64,000 bases of DNA. Origin: an uncultured Actinomycetota bacterium. Its GTDB lineage: Bacteria; Actinomycetota; Acidimicrobiia; Spongiisociales; UBA4744. Position numbers and translations under genes: made by a program. The DNA is taken from contig CAVQSB010000014.1 of NCBI GenBank assembly GCA_963715305.1, forward strand, positions 2,994-66,993. The letters are read 5' to 3'. The notes beneath the pieces were generated by a model, which was not told where the DNA came from, did no database searches, and saw only the letters and a program-made list of their open reading frames with translations. Positions 23,542 to 35,419 of this stretch are shown here, in pieces (the first letter of the stretch is position 1; the number at the start of each line of letters is the position of its first letter).

Positions 23542-23991
23542 TCAGCCTGAGTGTGCGGAGCGCGACAGGCGGACCACCGGCATAACCCGGTCGGTCTTCT
23601 GTTCGTAGCCCCCGAAGAACGACATCGTCTCCACGATCTTCGCCCAGGCCGCCGCCCGCTCCTCACCTTCGAGCGTGGTGGCGTTTGCTTCATAGAAGTC
23701 GGCCTTGTTGCGGACCCAAACCCTGGGATCGGCGTCGATATTCAGGTACCAGACGGGGTGATGGTCGGCACCACCTTTGGAGCCCACGATCAGCAGATCG
23801 TCGCCATCTTCGACGCATACCAGCGGTACCCGCCTGACCTGGCCTGACTTGCGGCCCCGGAAGTACAGAAGCACCAATCGTTCAGCAAACGGATGGTCGA
23901 TATCGGTGCCCTCGGAAGCAACGTATCGGCGGGCCTGGTTGGACACGTACTCGCTGGGGCTGTCGAGGGCCTGGGCTTCGATGGGATGCAT
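23542..23991 (-). CDS. Deazaflavin-dependent nitroreductase family (Ddn)
   Basis: GRKSGQVRR.PL, SKGGADHHP.WYLN..A.P, Y..KTDR..PVV.L. Confidence 0.85.
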   Translation of the reverse strand: MHPIEAQALDSPSEYVSNQARRYVASEGTDIDHPFAERLVLLYFRGRKSGQVRRVPLVCVEDGDDLLIVGSKGGADHHPVWYLNIDADPRVWVRNKADFYEANATTLEGEERAAAWAKIVETMSFFGGYEQKTDRVMPVVRLSRSAHSG

Positions 23992-24081
23992 GTGATTGAC
24001 GCCTTTCGGTGGATCGATGTAGTCAATCACACGCAGCCCGGTTCCATTCCCGGAGCGGTCGCGGAACCGGGCTGAGTTTGG

Positions 24082-24342
24082 CTACTTGTCGAGATCGGCC
24101 TTGCGAGCGAGATAATCCTCTCGATCGATCTCGCCTTTTGCATAGCGCTCGTCGAGGAGCGCCCTGGCCCCTCCTGGAGTCGTTCCAACCGGCCGCCGCA
24201 CCATGGACACGACGAACCAGGCGAGCAGCCCGATGATGGCTGTCAGGAACACCAGGCCGATGACAGCCGGAACCCAGCCCCAACCATCCATGTGATCGAA
24301 CCCGTACCTGCCGATCTGGGCAAGCGTGAGGACCTGGGTCAT
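24082..24342 (-). CDS. SHOCT domain membrane protein
   Basis: TM helix then LDERYAKGEIDREDY..RK; SD aaggag. Confidence 0.8.
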   Translation of the reverse strand: MTQVLTLAQIGRYGFDHMDGWGWVPAVIGLVFLTAIIGLLAWFVVSMVRRPVGTTPGGARALLDERYAKGEIDREDYLARKADLDK

Positions 24343-24515
24343 GTCGTATCTCCTTTGTTGTTGACTCCAGTTCACTGGAGACAATTAGGAGGTCGCTGAG
24401 AATGGGATAGGAATCCGGTGAGAAGACATTGCCTGGACCCCTTGGCCGAACGCAAGGAAGATTCGCCAGCCCGGAGCATTACCATTGGCGTATTCTTCGC
24501 GCCGTGAGGAGAGCC

Positions 24516-25055
24516 ATGAAGCATTACCGGGTTCTTGGATTATGCATGCTCTTGACGGCGGGCTGTTCGGTTGACGTGTCGCTGTCGTTCGGGGGGGCCG
24601 ATGCGGCACAGGCGGCGGTCAACCTCATTGAAGGGGACATCGCCGCGCAAGCCGGGATCGGACCGCTCAACGCAACGTGCCAGGAGATCGAAAACCCGGA
24701 ACCGGGTGATACGTTCACGTGCACCGCAGCCACCGATGAAGGCGAAACCATCCGATTTGACGCCGTCATGGAAGAAGACGACATGGTTGACGTCGAGAGT
24801 GTGAATCTCGTCACGGCGGAGGGTTTGACTGTGATCGAGGATTTAGCCGTACAAGCGTTAGAAGAGAGCGTCGGGGAAACCCTCGGAACAGAGAACTTCG
24901 ATTGCGGCGCCCGGGGGATGGTTGTCGAACCCGGCGGTACGATCTCCTGTGTGCTCACCGATCCGGTCAGCGGCACGATGTACGACGCAAAGGTCACAGT
25001 CGAGGTCCTCGACCCGATCGAGATCTTCGTCGAAGTTGGCGACACACCGCGCTGA
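24516..25055 (+). CDS. Lipoprotein with two DUF4333-like repeats
   Basis: Lipobox TAGC and two C...(EP)G.T..C repeats. Confidence 0.7.
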   Translation: MKHYRVLGLCMLLTAGCSVDVSLSFGGADAAQAAVNLIEGDIAAQAGIGPLNATCQEIENPEPGDTFTCTAATDEGETIRFDAVMEEDDMVDVESVNLVTAEGLTVIEDLAVQALEESVGETLGTENFDCGARGMVVEPGGTISCVLTDPVSGTMYDAKVTVEVLDPIEIFVEVGDTPR

Positions 25056-25092
25056 CGCTCACGGCGGCGCACCCGAGACGGCTGCTACCTTC

Positions 25093-25788
25093 ATGCACGT
25101 GAGCACCATCGTTGCGGGCGTATATGAAGTTCCCGGTTACTCCCGTTCGTACATCATCGACGGCGATGAGGGGGTCACGCTCATCGACACCGGACTCCCC
25201 AGGCGGCATGGGGCCATCATCGATGGCCTGGCCGCCATTGGACGTTCTATGGCCGATGTACGGGCTATCGCCATTACCCACTCTCATGTCGATCACGTCG
25301 GCGGCGCGGCCGCCCTCGAACGCGAGGCCACCGCTCCCCTGTTTGCTTCGGCCATCGACGCTCCCGCCATTCGGGGCGACGAGGCGTCGCCGCTTCCGCC
25401 GGTCCTCGATCGGATCCCGTTTCTCACTCCACTCTTCCACCTCGTGCCCGGACCCGAGCGCGTCGACGTTGATCACCTCGTGGCTGAGGGCGACTCCGCC
25501 GGATTGCCGGGAGACCTGACCGTCGTCAATAGCCCTGGCCACACTCCGGGACATGTGTCGTTCCTGCTGGACCGCAACGGGGGGGTGCTCTTCGTCGGTG
25601 ATGCAGCCATGTCGACAAAGACTGGAAACATCAAGCGCGGGTGGATGAATCGGTCCACCCCCACGTTTGATGCCAGCCTGCGCCACATCGCCGAGTTCGA
25701 ATTCGAGGTTGCCTTCTTCGGCCATTCCGGGCGGCTGGCCGGCTCTGCTGCAGGTGCCTTCAAGCGGTTCGCCGCTTCGCTCCGCTAG
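25093..25788 (+). CDS. MBL-fold metallo-hydrolase
   Basis: LIDTG, THSHVDHVGG, PGHTPGH, GDA, FGH. Confidence 0.9.
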   Translation: MHVSTIVAGVYEVPGYSRSYIIDGDEGVTLIDTGLPRRHGAIIDGLAAIGRSMADVRAIAITHSHVDHVGGAAALEREATAPLFASAIDAPAIRGDEASPLPPVLDRIPFLTPLFHLVPGPERVDVDHLVAEGDSAGLPGDLTVVNSPGHTPGHVSFLLDRNGGVLFVGDAAMSTKTGNIKRGWMNRSTPTFDASLRHIAEFEFEVAFFGHSGRLAGSAAGAFKRFAASLR

Positions 25789-25812
25789 AAGAAGTCCCCG
25801 CCGGGATATCGG

Positions 25813-26339
25813 TCAGGGCAGGTACGTCTGCGTGCCGCCGGCGACCGTGTCACCGTGCAAGGTCAGGGTCATCGGCAGGTCTCCTGCTATGAAACCGTAG
25901 AACTTGCTGTTGTCCGCTGAACCTCCCAAGAGCGTCTCCAACTCGTCCGCCGAGACCGGCGAGTCGGTGAGGCCGCCGGACGCATCAAACCCGATCAGAA
26001 CGAATTCCGTTCCCTCCGCGACGGTCAGCTGCCATTCGTCCGTCTCATCAGGGTTCTGAACGTGGAAATCGTTTGGCAGGTTCTCGTCGGCGCCGATGAG
26101 CCCGCCTCCCGGGCGGCCGCCAGCGCCGCATCCCCGATGAGGAGCTCCGCCGGATCAAAGACAAGTACGCCACCGGACAAACTCCGGACGAACCCGAACT
26201 GGTCAATGGGCTGAGTTGTGACCGCGGTTGTGGTCGTGGTTGGTTGGGTTGTGCTGGTCGTCGCCACGTCGGTACAGGAACCAATCAGGAGGCCGGCCAT
26301 TATCAAGGCCGTCCAGGTTGCCCTTGCGCGAGCGTGCAT
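25813..26339 (-). CDS. Thr-rich lipoprotein, hypothetical (frameshift near 26100)
   Basis: Lipobox IGSC, Thr linker, FD...G..A.AAA, PNDF.V.N, ends QTYLP. Confidence 0.6.
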
Positions 26340-26516
26340 GGTGTTGGTTACCTTTGCTGGGAATCGAGCGGGTCTTTCCCACTTCACCCATGAGACGTCT
26401 TCCGCGATCGCAGTTCCCGGGTTTCGAGGAAGACAACTCCCGAAGCGCCCTCACGTTCGGGCGAACCCGCATAGGATCATCTTCACTCTGGACAAACAAA
26501 GAGGAGCGCGAGTCCG

Positions 26517-27239
26517 GTGCGAATTGGACTGTTCATGGGGCTGCTCGCCCTGGCGGCTTGCTCGTCGGCGGCCGACCCAGGGGCTCTTGTGACGACGCAG
26601 CCAACGACAACGACGAGCAGGCAACCCGCAACCACTTCCACGCTCCCCGCCGGCACCACCCCCGAACCGACCTGTACGGAACGGGAGTCGGTCTTCTACG
26701 ACAGCCGCGGTTTCGTATGCCCCCCCTCCATGAAACCCGGCCGGTTCTTTTCAGATGCCATCGGATACCTGCCCGGGACCTACACGACCAGGTTGTTCGA
26801 ACCCGGTTTCTCCTTCACCCAGAAGGGGAATTTCCGGTCGGGCGGCGAGAACCTCGACCTCGTCGCCATCGAGGAAACCAATGACCGGGCGGTGTACGTG
26901 TTTTCGGCTCAACCGGCGGGCCAGCTCCTGGGCTATCCCTTCGAAACTCTCCCCTGGGTGCAGAACCTCACAAGATCAGCCATCGAATACTGGGGTGCGT
27001 CCGGCACCCAGATCGACTTCACCGTCGGTTCCTGCCCGGCCGTCGGCTGTCTCATCAACATCGAAAACTTCGTTGAGGCGTACGGGTGGGTCGAAAACAA
27101 CCGGGTGCGGTTGCTGATCATCGACGTGGCGAACGGTCCGATTGGCGTCGAGATCGCTACCGCCCAATCCCGATTCGATGCTTACTGGTCGGAAGTAGTC
27201 GAACCGATCCTCGCCTCCATCGAGTTCACCGACGACTGA
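26517..27239 (+). CDS. Thr-rich lipoprotein, hypothetical
   Basis: Lipobox LAAC, TTTTS linker, C-terminal ILASIEF. Confidence 0.65.
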   Translation: MRIGLFMGLLALAACSSAADPGALVTTQPTTTTSRQPATTSTLPAGTTPEPTCTERESVFYDSRGFVCPPSMKPGRFFSDAIGYLPGTYTTRLFEPGFSFTQKGNFRSGGENLDLVAIEETNDRAVYVFSAQPAGQLLGYPFETLPWVQNLTRSAIEYWGASGTQIDFTVGSCPAVGCLINIENFVEAYGWVENNRVRLLIIDVANGPIGVEIATAQSRFDAYWSEVVEPILASIEFTDD

Positions 27240-27255
27240 CGCATGTGCGAGCCCA

Positions 27256-29006
27256 TCACGGCAGCGGGGAAGGCAGGTCAACCATGGAGAGCCGCCCGGA
27301 CTGATCCACGATGGCCACCCTCCCGCTTGCGGCGGCGAGGAACGCTACCGGCCCGTCGCCCGGTTCTCGCATGAGCGGCGTTCCGGAGCCCACTTCCAGC
27401 GCCAGCACCTCTCCATTTGCGGTTGCGTGATAGAGCACGGCCTCGTCGAGAATCGGACCGACGGCCGGTTCGCCTGCGGCAACGCGACGCGTTTCTCGCC
27501 AAGATCGGCATCGAGCACCACAAACCAGCCCGGCTCCAGGTAGTAAACGAGGTCCTCGACGATGGTCGGAGTTCCCAGGATGAAAGCTGGATCCGAGCGT
27601 GGCGTGCCGGTCTCGCCGTCCAAGATGTGCAGGAAACCCTCGGCATCAGAGATCACCAGGGTGACTTCGGTCTGCTGGCCAACAGCTCCTACCCGGGTCA
27701 CCTCCAGCGCCGCGAGTGACTCGACGCGCCCGTCATAGGCCCCCGCCACCGATCCAGCGCCGGTGAAATAGCGGTTCGGCCAGCGCTTCTCGTTCGGGTT
27801 GTCCAACAGCAACGCCAGTACATCCCCACGAGCATCTCCCAGGTAGACATAATCGTCGGCGACTACAGGAGCCGTCGTTATCTGTTGGAGTCCCGTGAGG
27901 GAGTACTCGGTGGGAGATGGATCGCAGTCCGGACCTGCCGACCTGTCAACGGTATAGAAGAACCCGGAGCCCCCGGCCCCGAGCAGAATCGTTCGGTCCA
28001 CGATGGTCGGGGGACCGGGTTCGAGGAAACCGAACGAGCACCGCAGCATCACTTCACCGGACGTGGTGACGCCAAACAACCGGTACCCGGCAGCGGGTCG
28101 TCACGTAGACGGTCCCGGCCGCAACAACGGGGGGATGATCAATGGGTCCCAGCGCGTCGAAACGCCATAGTTCGTCGCCGGAGTCGATGTCGAATGCCTG
28201 CAGAATACCGCCGGTGGTCGTGGTGTAGACGACGTCACCTTCGATCGTGACACCCGACGCAGGCGCTTCGAGCGATTGTTCCCAGCGTCGAGTTCCGGCG
28301 GGGATCACGACCGAATCCGTGCCCGGCTCGGTTGTGGAATCGACCGGTGGTGTACTCGTGGTTGAGTTTTCCGGAGACAGCGCCGAAGGCAAAACAACGA
28401 CTGCCATCGCCACAATGGGGCCCAGGGCCAGCAAACCGGCGATGATGGCACGCCGTTTGGGTGGTCGGCGGCTGGTCCGGGGACCAAGATCGAGCACATG
28501 GATCCGTTCGGGAACGCCGATCCCCCTGAGGCGGCGCTGCCCAAGATCTGTTGTGGTGAACCCGGCTGCCTGGAGGTGGTGTCGAAGCAAGTCGAGAGTG
28601 GTCTGCGAGATGAGCACATCGCCACCCTTCGCAACCGTGAGGATACGAGCCGTGCGATTCACCGGCGGTCCGAAGTAGTCCCCATCGCGCTGCATCGGCG
28701 ATCCCGGTGTGGATGGCCATACCGATGCGCAATGCCCCCAGTTGGTCCCAATTCGCTCCGGCCAGCGCCCGTTGGGCTTCGATCGCTGCATCTATCGCTT
28801 GCATGGGACGCTCGAATGCCGCCGAGAAACTGTCCCCGCCGGTGGCAAAAACGTAGCCGCTGTGCTTCCGAATCGCTCCTTTGACGATGTCGTCGTGCGC
28901 GCGCCAGCGCCTCCCGCATAACGCCGGGGTGCCGGTCCCACAGTCCAGCACTGTCCTCGATATCGGTGAACAGGAACGTGACCGTTCCGCTTGGCAGATG
29001 TGCCAC
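27256..29006 (-). CDS. Class III cyclase + TM + PQQ-like (BamB) beta-propeller protein, multiply frameshifted
   Basis: LPSGTVTFLFTDIEDS, GDSF..AF, RIGMAIHTG, GDYFGPPVNRTAR, TM helix, then A.D..SG..LWRF repeats. Confidence 0.75.
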
Positions 29007-29130
29007 AACCCTCCTCAACCATCAAAGATACCGGGCGCCACTGGGTGCGCAGCGGTTCCCAGGTCATCTTTCCTAAAGGGGCGCAAGGCGAGCGGCCCTG
29101 AGGATGGGGATACCCGTCTCGGTCGATGAG

Positions 29131-30279
29131 TCACTTCCGATCGAGAGCCTCGCGGAAGGCGCTCAACAACAGCAACACGTTCTCGGGCCGGCTGTTGAAG
29201 CCCATCAAGCCGACCCGCCACACCCGGCCGGCGAGTTCACCCAAACCGCCGGCGATCTCGATGTTGTATTCGTTGAGCAGATGACCGGCTACCGCTTTGG
29301 CGTCCACGCCTTCGGGCACCCGAACCGTTGTCAGGCTGGGCAGGCGATAGTCGGGTTCGACATAGCAGGCGAGACCCATCCCGGCCAGACCCTCCCAGAA
29401 CAGCTCGGCGGTGGCCCGGTGACGCTCCCACCGCTGCTCGAGGCCCTCTTCAGCAACGAGGCGGAGCGCCTCGCGCAGTGCGTAGTTCATGTTGATGGGC
29501 GCCGTGTGGTGATAGGTGCGCTCACTCCCCCAGTACTTGCCGACGAGCGACAGGTCGAGGTACCAATTGGGCACCTTGGTGGCTCGATTCGCCAGCTTCT
29601 CGACCGCCCGGGGACCAAAGGTGAGCGGCGCGATACCCGGTGGACAGCTGAGGCATTTCTGGCTGCCGCTATACGCGATGTCCACCCCCCATTCGTCGAG
29701 GAAGAGCGGCACCCCGCCCAGACTCGTGACGCTGTCGACGAGGAGCAGGGTGTCGAACTCGCGACACAGTTCGCCAACACCTTCGAGCGGCTGCCGGGCA
29801 CCGGTCGAAGTCTCGGCATGCACCAGAGCCAGGATGGCGGGACGGTGTTCTTCCAACCCCGCCCGCAGGTCGTCGAGGCTGAACACCTCTCCCCACGGCA
29901 TCTCCAAGCTGCGCACGTCGCCGCCGTAGCGGCCGGCCATATCGACCAGCCGCAAACCGAAGTATCCGTTGACGCCAACTAGCACGACGTCACCGGGCTC
30001 CACGGTATTGGCCAGGGTCGCCTCCATCGCGGCGCTGCCCGTGCCGCTGACCGGAATGGTGAGCTGGTTCGCGGTCTGCCATGCGTACCGCAGCAGTTCC
30101 TGGGTTTCGTTCATCAACCCGATGAACACCGGATCGAGGTGTCCCACCTGCCGCATGCTCAGTGCCTGCAGCACTCGCGGGTGGGCGTTGGAGGGGCCGG
30201 GACCCAGCAAGAGCCGAGGAGGCAGGTCCAGTTGGCCGGTATCCAGGCGGTGGGATTCGTCGACGGGTAGATGGTTCAC
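29131..30279 (-). CDS. Alanine-glyoxylate / serine-pyruvate aminotransferase
   Basis: LLGPGPSN, SGTGSAAME, VHAETSTG, DSVTSLGG, SGSQKCLSCPPG, YHHTAP. Confidence 0.92.
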   Translation of the reverse strand: MNHLPVDESHRLDTGQLDLPPRLLLGPGPSNAHPRVLQALSMRQVGHLDPVFIGLMNETQELLRYAWQTANQLTIPVSGTGSAAMEATLANTVEPGDVVLVGVNGYFGLRLVDMAGRYGGDVRSLEMPWGEVFSLDDLRAGLEEHRPAILALVHAETSTGARQPLEGVGELCREFDTLLLVDSVTSLGGVPLFLDEWGVDIAYSGSQKCLSCPPGIAPLTFGPRAVEKLANRATKVPNWYLDLSLVGKYWGSERTYHHTAPINMNYALREALRLVAEEGLEQRWERHRATAELFWEGLAGMGLACYVEPDYRLPSLTTVRVPEGVDAKAVAGHLLNEYNIEIAGGLGELAGRVWRVGLMGFNSRPENVLLLLSAFREALDRK

Positions 30280-30313
30280 GGTCTTCTGCTCCTATGAGTT
30301 GGACGGGGATCTT

Positions 30314-31096
30314 TCAACGGGCATGTTTCCAATAACCGCGCACCGTTACCTGGTCGCGGGGAAGTTGACGGTCGTCGAAAAGGTGACGGCGGATAGCGTG
30401 CATGGAGGCGGCTTCGCCGGCGATCCACACGCGACAATCCGGGTCAACATCGGCCGACCGAATGGCTGCAACGAGCGCTTCCCCAGGGAGAGAGCCGGTT
30501 GGCCGGTCGTACCACGTCACGGTTGCCCCGGGATGCCCGGGCGACGCGAGCCGGGCGTCCGGGTGGGCAACTTCGACATGGACCTGCACGGCGGTGTCGG
30601 CGGGAAGAACCTCGAGCAGCTGACCCATCGCCGGAAGCGCCGTCTCATCACCCGCTAAGAGAAAGGACCCGGCGGTTTCATCGATGGCGTACCCGCGTCC
30701 CGGTCCGGAGATCGCGACAGGATCGCCCGGCCTAGCCTCCTGGACCCACCCGGAGACCGTTCCCCCGGCATGCAGAACAACGTCGAGATCGAGTTCGAGT
30801 TTTTCGGGGTCGAAGCGACGCGGCGTGAAGGTCCGGATGATCGGCCGGCTTCCATCCGCCAATAGGAACTCGTTTCCATTCCATTCAGGGATGACGAGCC
30901 CGGCGGTTCCCGGCAGGGGCAGAAGCAAGCGGACACTGGCCGCCGGTTGATCGACGACAAAACCCTCGAGATCCGGTCCGGTCAGCGTGAGCCCGGCCAT
31001 GTGGCGAGACAGGAGATCCTGCCGACGGACCGCCACCTTCCGGAAGTCCGGAGGTTGACGCCTGACCCGTAGCACCTCCCGGCTTCCTTCGCTCAT
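30314..31096 (-). CDS. Siderophore-interacting protein (FAD-binding, ViuB-like)
   Basis: RTFTPRRFD, LAGDETALPA, WIAGEA, GYWK. Confidence 0.9.
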   Translation of the reverse strand: MSEGSREVLRVRRQPPDFRKVAVRRQDLLSRHMAGLTLTGPDLEGFVVDQPAASVRLLLPLPGTAGLVIPEWNGNEFLLADGSRPIIRTFTPRRFDPEKLELDLDVVLHAGGTVSGWVQEARPGDPVAISGPGRGYAIDETAGSFLLAGDETALPAMGQLLEVLPADTAVQVHVEVAHPDARLASPGHPGATVTWYDRPTGSLPGEALVAAIRSADVDPDCRVWIAGEAASMHAIRRHLFDDRQLPRDQVTVRGYWKHAR

Positions 31097-31185
31097 GATG
31101 ATCGGGGCTCCACCATCGGAGCGTAGCGGCCCGGACACTCCATCCCGACCGAACGACGGAGCCACCCCGAGCCGGGATCGGAGAG

Positions 31186-32013
31186 CTAGCGGATGACCTC
31201 AATCGCGTCCGCGATCGCCCGGATCAATCCGAAAACGTATGCCCCGCCGAGTCCGATCAGTCCCAGCATTCTGGCAATCGGCCGGTAGCGCCGTTCGTGC
31301 AGGCCGTTCCACCACCGTACCGAGGTGCCGACGGCGGCCACGATCACAAAGGACGAGGCGACCAGCGGCGGATCGCAATCGCAGGCTCGTTCGGAGAAGA
31401 GGGCGAAAGGGACGATCAGGACCGCCAGGCTGAGGCCGAGCAGCGCTATCACGGGATACAGGACCCGGACCGCCTTTCGGTCCGCTGGAGGCATCCGGAG
31501 GTTCAGGACTCCGAACAGCCAATCGATAAAGACACCAAAACCGATAAACAACCCGAAGATCAAAGTCACGAGCAACACCCCATTGCCAAGAATCGTAAAA
31601 TCGATGTTGTCGGGATTGAGGATGTCCGAGGTAGCGCTCCCAACGGCGAAGAGCAAAACCCCGAACGCGACGCCCCGCCACTTCCCCGCTCTGTGCAACC
31701 AGGGGCGGAAAACCAAGTACAGGACCGCTCCTCCGATCCCGACGAAGAGCCCAACGAATATCACCAGCCCGAGCGTTCCATCCAGGGTGATGCGCCCGAC
31801 GGTGAACCCGGCTTCCGTCGTCCTGCCCCGGGCGGCGGGATTGGCGGCGCCGGCGATGCGCATGAGCAAGCGCCCCCCGAGACCGCCGACCAGCAACCCG
31901 GTGATCAGCCCGGCGATGCCGCCGACCGAAATGTGGCGGACGAGACCGAGCGGCGAGTCGAAGGGAACCGACTCCTGCGCGCGATAAGCGACAGCCGTGC
32001 TGTGCGGCTTCAC
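31186..32013 (-). CDS. Membrane protein, hypothetical
   Basis: GG.GGRL.MR..., G..VG..T..GT motif and about 7 TM segments. Confidence 0.7.
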   Translation of the reverse strand: MKPHSTAVAYRAQESVPFDSPLGLVRHISVGGIAGLITGLLVGGLGGRLLMRIAGAANPAARGRTTEAGFTVGRITLDGTLGLVIFVGLFVGIGGAVLYLVFRPWLHRAGKWRGVAFGVLLFAVGSATSDILNPDNIDFTILGNGVLLVTLIFGLFIGFGVFIDWLFGVLNLRMPPADRKAVRVLYPVIALLGLSLAVLIVPFALFSERACDCDPPLVASSFVIVAAVGTSVRWWNGLHERRYRPIARMLGLIGLGGAYVFGLIRAIADAIEVIR

Positions 32014-32160
32014 GGTTCCTCCCTCTCTGAGGTGTCATGACGCTACTCGCCGGCTGCCGGCCAGAGGGTCTGATCGCGATGATATTTTCAACGGATCGAT
32101 CACATTGCCGAGGACCCCTCACAGGCTCTTTCCCCGAAAGCCCTTGCCTCGCCGAGTGCG

Positions 32161-33746
32161 TCAGTTGTCGTTCTCGAAGACTTCGGCAACGGCATCATCG
32201 GCGAGAGCCTGACCGGCCTCCTCGTAGAGGTTGCGGGCAACATCGACGCCTGCTTTGCGAAGTTCTGCGACCTGGTCCGGGTAGGTGGCGATCGACCGCG
32301 ATCCGGGCGTTGGGGAGAAACTCGCGAACCCGCCTGGCACATTCGAGGTTGGCCTGGTGGCTACTCATGGAAGCGACCACCAGCTCCACATGGGGATGGA
32401 ACCGGACTCGCTCCCAGAAGTCCCGGTCGAGGGCGTCGCCCCGCACCGCATCGCGTCCCTCGCTGCGATGCAGCTCAACGGTCTCGTCGCGTCGATCGAC
32501 CCCGACCACTACCAGCCCCCTTCGCAAGACCATCTCGTCGTAGGCGCCGGTGCCCACCCGGCCCATCCCGAAGACGAGCACCCGCGCATCCCCGCAGTCG
32601 ATGATGGCGTCCTCGGGAGCGGAAGGATGACGTTCCAGAGCAGTGAGCTGTTTCGACCACCGTTCATACAGGCGGTATCGGGCGGTGCTGGCCGCCGAGG
32701 CCAGTACGAATGAGGCCCCCACCGCCACGGCCACCGTCGACACCCACGCCTGATCGATGAGGCCGGCCGAAAGTGCAGCTGCTCCGACGATCAGCCCGAA
32801 CTCGCTGTAGGTCGAAAGGGTCAAAGACGCATGCAACGAGGTCCTGGGCGCGCAGACGGGCCCGGGTGAACAACCAGAAGAAGCCGCCACTCCGGAGGGG
32901 TATCAGGATCAGGATCGTCAGCCCGACGATCCAGGCAGTCGGAGACGGGGCACCTCCCAATCCAATGGATAGGAAGAATCCGACCAGTAGCAGATCCTTG
33001 AATCCCAGCAACCGGTCGGCCATCTCTCCCGAACGGATGTGACCGGAGAGGACGAGGCCGGCGACCAGAGCTCCCAAGTCGGGTTTGAGCCCGATCAGGC
33101 TGAAGGTACCTGCACCGACCCCAACGGCGAGGGTGAAGCCGAGCAACACGAGGATTTCCCCGTGTCCGCTCCGATTGAGCAACCATCCGAACACCGGACG
33201 GGCGACGAAGATGGCAGGCACGACCAGGAGGGCCCACGCAGAGGGCCATTCCCCGGCAACAACCACCAGGAATATAACGGCGAAGAGGTCTTGCATGATG
33301 AGGACCCCGACCGCCAGTCGCCCGCTCAACGACGCCGACTCGTTGGCGACTTCGAGCGCCTTGACGGCGAACACCGTGCTCGAGAAGGAGAAGGCAAACC
33401 CGATAATGGCGGCCGTGCCAAGATCCAGGTCACACGCCAGGGGCACCCCGAGGGCACCGAATCCGAGGAGCAGACCACCGACCACCACCGTGAACCCGGC
33501 TGCCACCAGCGTGGCGCTTCCCCACACCTCGAGTCGGGCCAGCGTTCTGAGGCGAAGCTTGAGACCGATCCCAAACAGCAGGAGCAGCACCCCGATCTCG
33601 GAGATGGTCTCGATCGCGGCGTTTGATTCGTATCCGAGGGCGTGGAGCACGAAACCGGCTACGAGGTATCCCACCAGCGGTGGAAGACCGCCCGCCCTGG
33701 CCAGGAGACCGAATCCGAGGGCAGCGATGAGAAAAGTGATCTCCAT
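32161..33746 (-). CDS. Kef-type cation:proton antiporter with TrkA-N domain (frameshifted)
   Basis: LPPLVGYL.AG, LLFGIGLKL, FSSTVFAVK, ILIMQD-like motif, FFLSIG, GMGRVGTGAYD, GDALD. Confidence 0.88.
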
Positions 33747-33827
33747 GGGTGGTTCGATTATGACACTGTTGGTGGGTTCCGGCCCAAAGGTCGATCGGTT
33801 CCCGAACCGATCACGAACAATGACCGG

Positions 33828-34760
33828 TTACGTGCCGGCGGCCAGGGAGGTTTCGGCCACCACCCCGATCTCTTTTGGATCCCGCGCTCCCAACAAACTC
33901 ATCCAGGTAATCGCTCCCGCCAGGACCAGCATCCCCAGCCACTGCGACGAAGTCAGGACCGCACCGAACGCCAGAAAGTTGACCGCGGCGGCCGACAGCG
34001 GGAACGCCAATTCGGCGATCGTCGCCGCCGAAGCGGGGGTGCGGGACAGTCCCGGTAGTAGATCAGCATTGCGGCCAACCCGGGAACGAGAGCCAGCACG
34101 ATGATGGCCAGAATGTCCTGGCCGTCGGAGACCCCGACCGGAGGGCCCGCTTGCAGAATCCAGATGAGCCCGGCAACCGGCAGACCAATCGCGAACCGCC
34201 AGGCGGTGAGGTCGCGGAACTCGAGTCGGGCCGACAAGCGGCGCCCCAACACGGTCCCCAGCCCCCACAAGGCGGCCGCCCCGACCGCCAACAATGCCGG
34301 CACCAGTTGGGTGACGGACACCTGCAAAGGATCAGGGAAGGCAATCAAATAGGCGCCGCCCAGCCCGGCCACCAGGAACAACCAGTAGCGGGATCAGAGG
34401 GCTTCACCAAGAAGCAGCCTCGCTCCCAGGACGGCCACCAGCGGCTGGAGTTTCTGGAGCAGGAGCGGTGTGTTGGGATCACCGTATGAGAAGGCTGCGG
34501 TGAACAAAATGGTTGCGGTTGCCGAGGCGCCGGCCCCGATCAGGAACAAGGCCACCAGATCCCCGGCCCCCAACTTGGCGACAAGCCGCCGGGAGCGCAG
34601 CAACCAGGGAATGGTCAACACCACCAGCACGATGTGCTCGAAAAAGACAACCGTGGCGGCCGGAAGTTCCAGAGCAGAGACCGCGCCGGAACAGGGCATC
34701 GGTTCCCCACAGGGCTGCCGCCAGGGCCACCCAGGCGATCCCGGTCTTCTGCTTCGACAT
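33828..34760 (-). CDS. DMT/EamA family transporter (frameshifted)
   Basis: AAALWGTD, LLLQKLQP, LGEAL, ALWGLGTVLGR, ATIAEL.FP. Confidence 0.85.
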
Positions 34761-34960
34761 CGGGCTCCGATCCGGAATTGAAAGCGCCAAGATAGCCGGG
34801 AGCAACCATTGTGAGTACTCGGTTTGCTTGGTCCGACGCCGGGGCCGGGCCTGTCCGAAACGGTCGTCGATGACCGTCAGGCCGCCGGTGGGCCAACCGC
34901 CATGACGCAATGGACTTCTGGCCCCTTCAGCCACGCGACCCGTTTCCGTACGGTGGAGGC

Positions 34961-35419
34961 ATGGAACAGACATTGACGCATCCCGAACCCGTCCGCACCA
35001 AGCCCGGACCCTCGCCTGCCACCCGGCGGTTCGGCTACATGGTGGCCATCCTGGTCAACGTTGCCCTTCTCATCGCTGCCAACAACCTGCTGGCGTGGGA
35101 CATCTTCCCGTTCCTGACGAACGGCTTCGAACGGGTCCTACCGATCCTCAACGTGTCGCTGGGAGCGGCCATCGCCGTGAACCTGGTCTATCTCGGCTTC
35201 GACACCCCCTGGTTCAAGTCGCTGACCCAGATCGGGTTGCTCGCCATCAGCCTGGTGGTCACGATCCGCTTCTACCAGGTGTTCCCCTTCGACTTCTACG
35301 CGTACGAGTTCGATTGGGACTTGCTGGCCGAATGGGCTCTCATCCTGGCCATGGTCGGAGTCGGCATCGGCGTGGTTGGCGAGGTAGTCAGACTGGCGAA
35401 ACGCACCACCCGCTCATAA
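34961..35419 (+). CDS. 4-TM membrane protein, hypothetical
   Basis: SD ggagg, hydrophobic helices, VFPFDF motif. Confidence 0.65.
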   Translation: MEQTLTHPEPVRTKPGPSPATRRFGYMVAILVNVALLIAANNLLAWDIFPFLTNGFERVLPILNVSLGAAIAVNLVYLGFDTPWFKSLTQIGLLAISLVVTIRFYQVFPFDFYAYEFDWDLLAEWALILAMVGVGIGVVGEVVRLAKRTTRS

